Made by a program: the position numbers and the translations under genes
Assembly (NCBI RefSeq): GCF_001194135.2
Contig: NC_068983.1
Location: 68,181,841 to 68,245,840, forward strand
Source: Octopus bimaculoides
Lineage: Eukaryota
Direction: 5' to 3'
Length of the DNA stretch: 64,000 nucleotides
Shown here: piece after piece, positions 62,592 to 64,000 of the stretch
How the letters are laid out: the number at the start of each line of letters is the position of its first letter
How positions within the stretch are numbered: the stretch's first letter is position 1
The notes under the pieces: model-generated
Database searches by the model: none
Told to the model about the DNA's origin: nothing
The model's input: only the letters and a program-made list of their open reading frames with translations

Positions 62592-62642
62592 CGACTGAAC
62601 AATGTCTGTTTGTATGAAAAGTCCAAGTCGTCACCTCACTGG
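62592..62642 (-). CDS. DROSHA: Putative additional upstream Drosha exon (51 nt, SEVTTWTFHTNRHCSV-D)
   Basis: Good acceptor (tttttcgccattttccag) and donor (G|gtaag), 106-nt intron to E1. The only open frame is the one in phase with E1. No recognisable protein similarity. Confidence 0.5.
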
Positions 62643-64000
62643 CTGGAAAATGGCGAAAAAGGCAAACAAATATAAATACAACTATCAAATATAACTTTCA
62701 TCAATTCGAAACAAATGGAAACACCAATACCATTACTATCATCATAATCTTCTTTATACTTAGTTACGGCGTGAGCAGACCAGAGTTGGAATACTCTTCT
62801 CTAGTGAATGCTATTCTAAAACTCCACTCTATGGAATCAATCCAAATAACCTTCTTTACAGTGACTCAATCCCTTAATAACCATCTGCAAACATTATCAT
62901 TTGGTTTCTGAAGTCTTATGGACAGCTGCAACAAGCTGAACTAAGCCTATTGGTCGAAGGATCAACACTTTACATTCTACAATGACACTTGACCTTCTAA
63001 TCACCAACTACATAGACATGTGTACTTCTAGTCAATGCAAGAACCTCTATGTCTTTGTTTGATTTGTTAGAAAGAGCAGCCAAATCTCCATCAGTTCATG
63101 CCCTACAACTCTTAAAAAAGAGGAAGGACATATTGGATAATATAGTACTAAGTAAATTATGTCTGAAAAGAGAGAGTGATGATGCTTTGAATGCCTTTGA
63201 TAATAGCTCTGCTCAATCAGGGCACCTGGTTCAACATCAGCAACAGCAATACTTGATCTCAACATCTCAGTTCACCTAGCTGTAAATAAACACTAAGTGG
63301 GATTACTGCTTAAAATGAGTCACACTATACCTTAATGCATTTTGCTTGCTTGAAATGTTGGGCTTAAACCCTTTATGAGTCTGAAGTTATAAAAAATAAA
63401 ACAAGCAAAAGGAAAATCAAATAAGCTAATGGCATGAATTTGGATAAATAAAGGGTGATGAAGTGAATGGTGTAAGCAAACAATTCCTAAGTGAAATGTT
63501 TGAGTTGGAGAAAGAAAGCAAAAACCTAGTGGCAGATGTTAATGACTCTCAAAGAAAAAGGGAGATAAATTTCAAGCAAATTAATTACTCTTACAAAGTT
63601 AATATACATCTTTAGAGGAAGGAAAGTCTGATCTTTGCAGGTAACAGACAACTCAGGATACCTTTCACTCTGTTAAACCTAGACAGAATAGTATTATCTA
63701 CCCAAGCCTAACTACTGAGCTGACCAAGATTTTCACATATGGAAAAAAAATTTAATTTTTGGTAAATATAATTTGCATAAAAAATAAGTTAAGATTCAGT
63801 TTGAAGAAAGATAGGTTCCACTAAACTAATTTTCTTAGAAACACATGAAGACTACAAGCCAGTAAGACAGCCTCTACTTGGTTGTTCTACCTGCTAGAAA
63901 TAGTAACCAAATTTCTTTCAAATCACATTCTACTATCTTAGAAGAGGACAATCTAGATGATGAGGTCCTAGTGCACTGATGATGATGATGATGATGATGA

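Noticed and set aside
63049-63279. 76-aa plus-strand ORF as a possible head-to-head neighbour gene
   Set aside because: No recognisable homology or splice support; the length is compatible with chance.

Overview
Eukaryotic, AT-rich, microsatellite- and transposon-dense genomic DNA with several N-gaps. The repeat landscape (tRNA-headed SINEs with internal microsatellites, RTE LINE tails ending in (GAT)n) looks like a coleoid cephalopod, probably Octopus; this is inference. The main feature is a minus-strand, intron-rich Drosha (RNase III, Microprocessor) gene. I reconstructed 23 GT-AG coding exons by hand (E1 62346-62485 to E23 16613-16710). All phases are compatible, giving about 880 codons from the acidic pre-CED stretch through the central domain, RIIIDa, RIIIDb, dsRBD and stop, followed by a polyA signal at about 16325. 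The N-terminal part is not found in the window. Bases 1-16300 are intergenic TE debris: hAT with nested mariner, a CR1/L2-type LINE, RTE remnants, SINEs and degenerate tandem arrays. The Drosha introns hold many RTE tails, SINEs, MITEs, a solo LTR, Penelope-like remnants and tRNA copies. The most notable observations are long fold-back structures in the Drosha pre-mRNA (including a Penelope-like inverted repeat carrying hammerhead-ribozyme motifs), an RTE insertion with a 111-bp target duplication, a young GG-ended MITE with an 8-bp TSD, and a twin-priming-type inverted SINE. There is no CRISPR or prokaryotic system. I cannot demonstrate a new biological system; the hairpin/ribozyme ideas are hypotheses.
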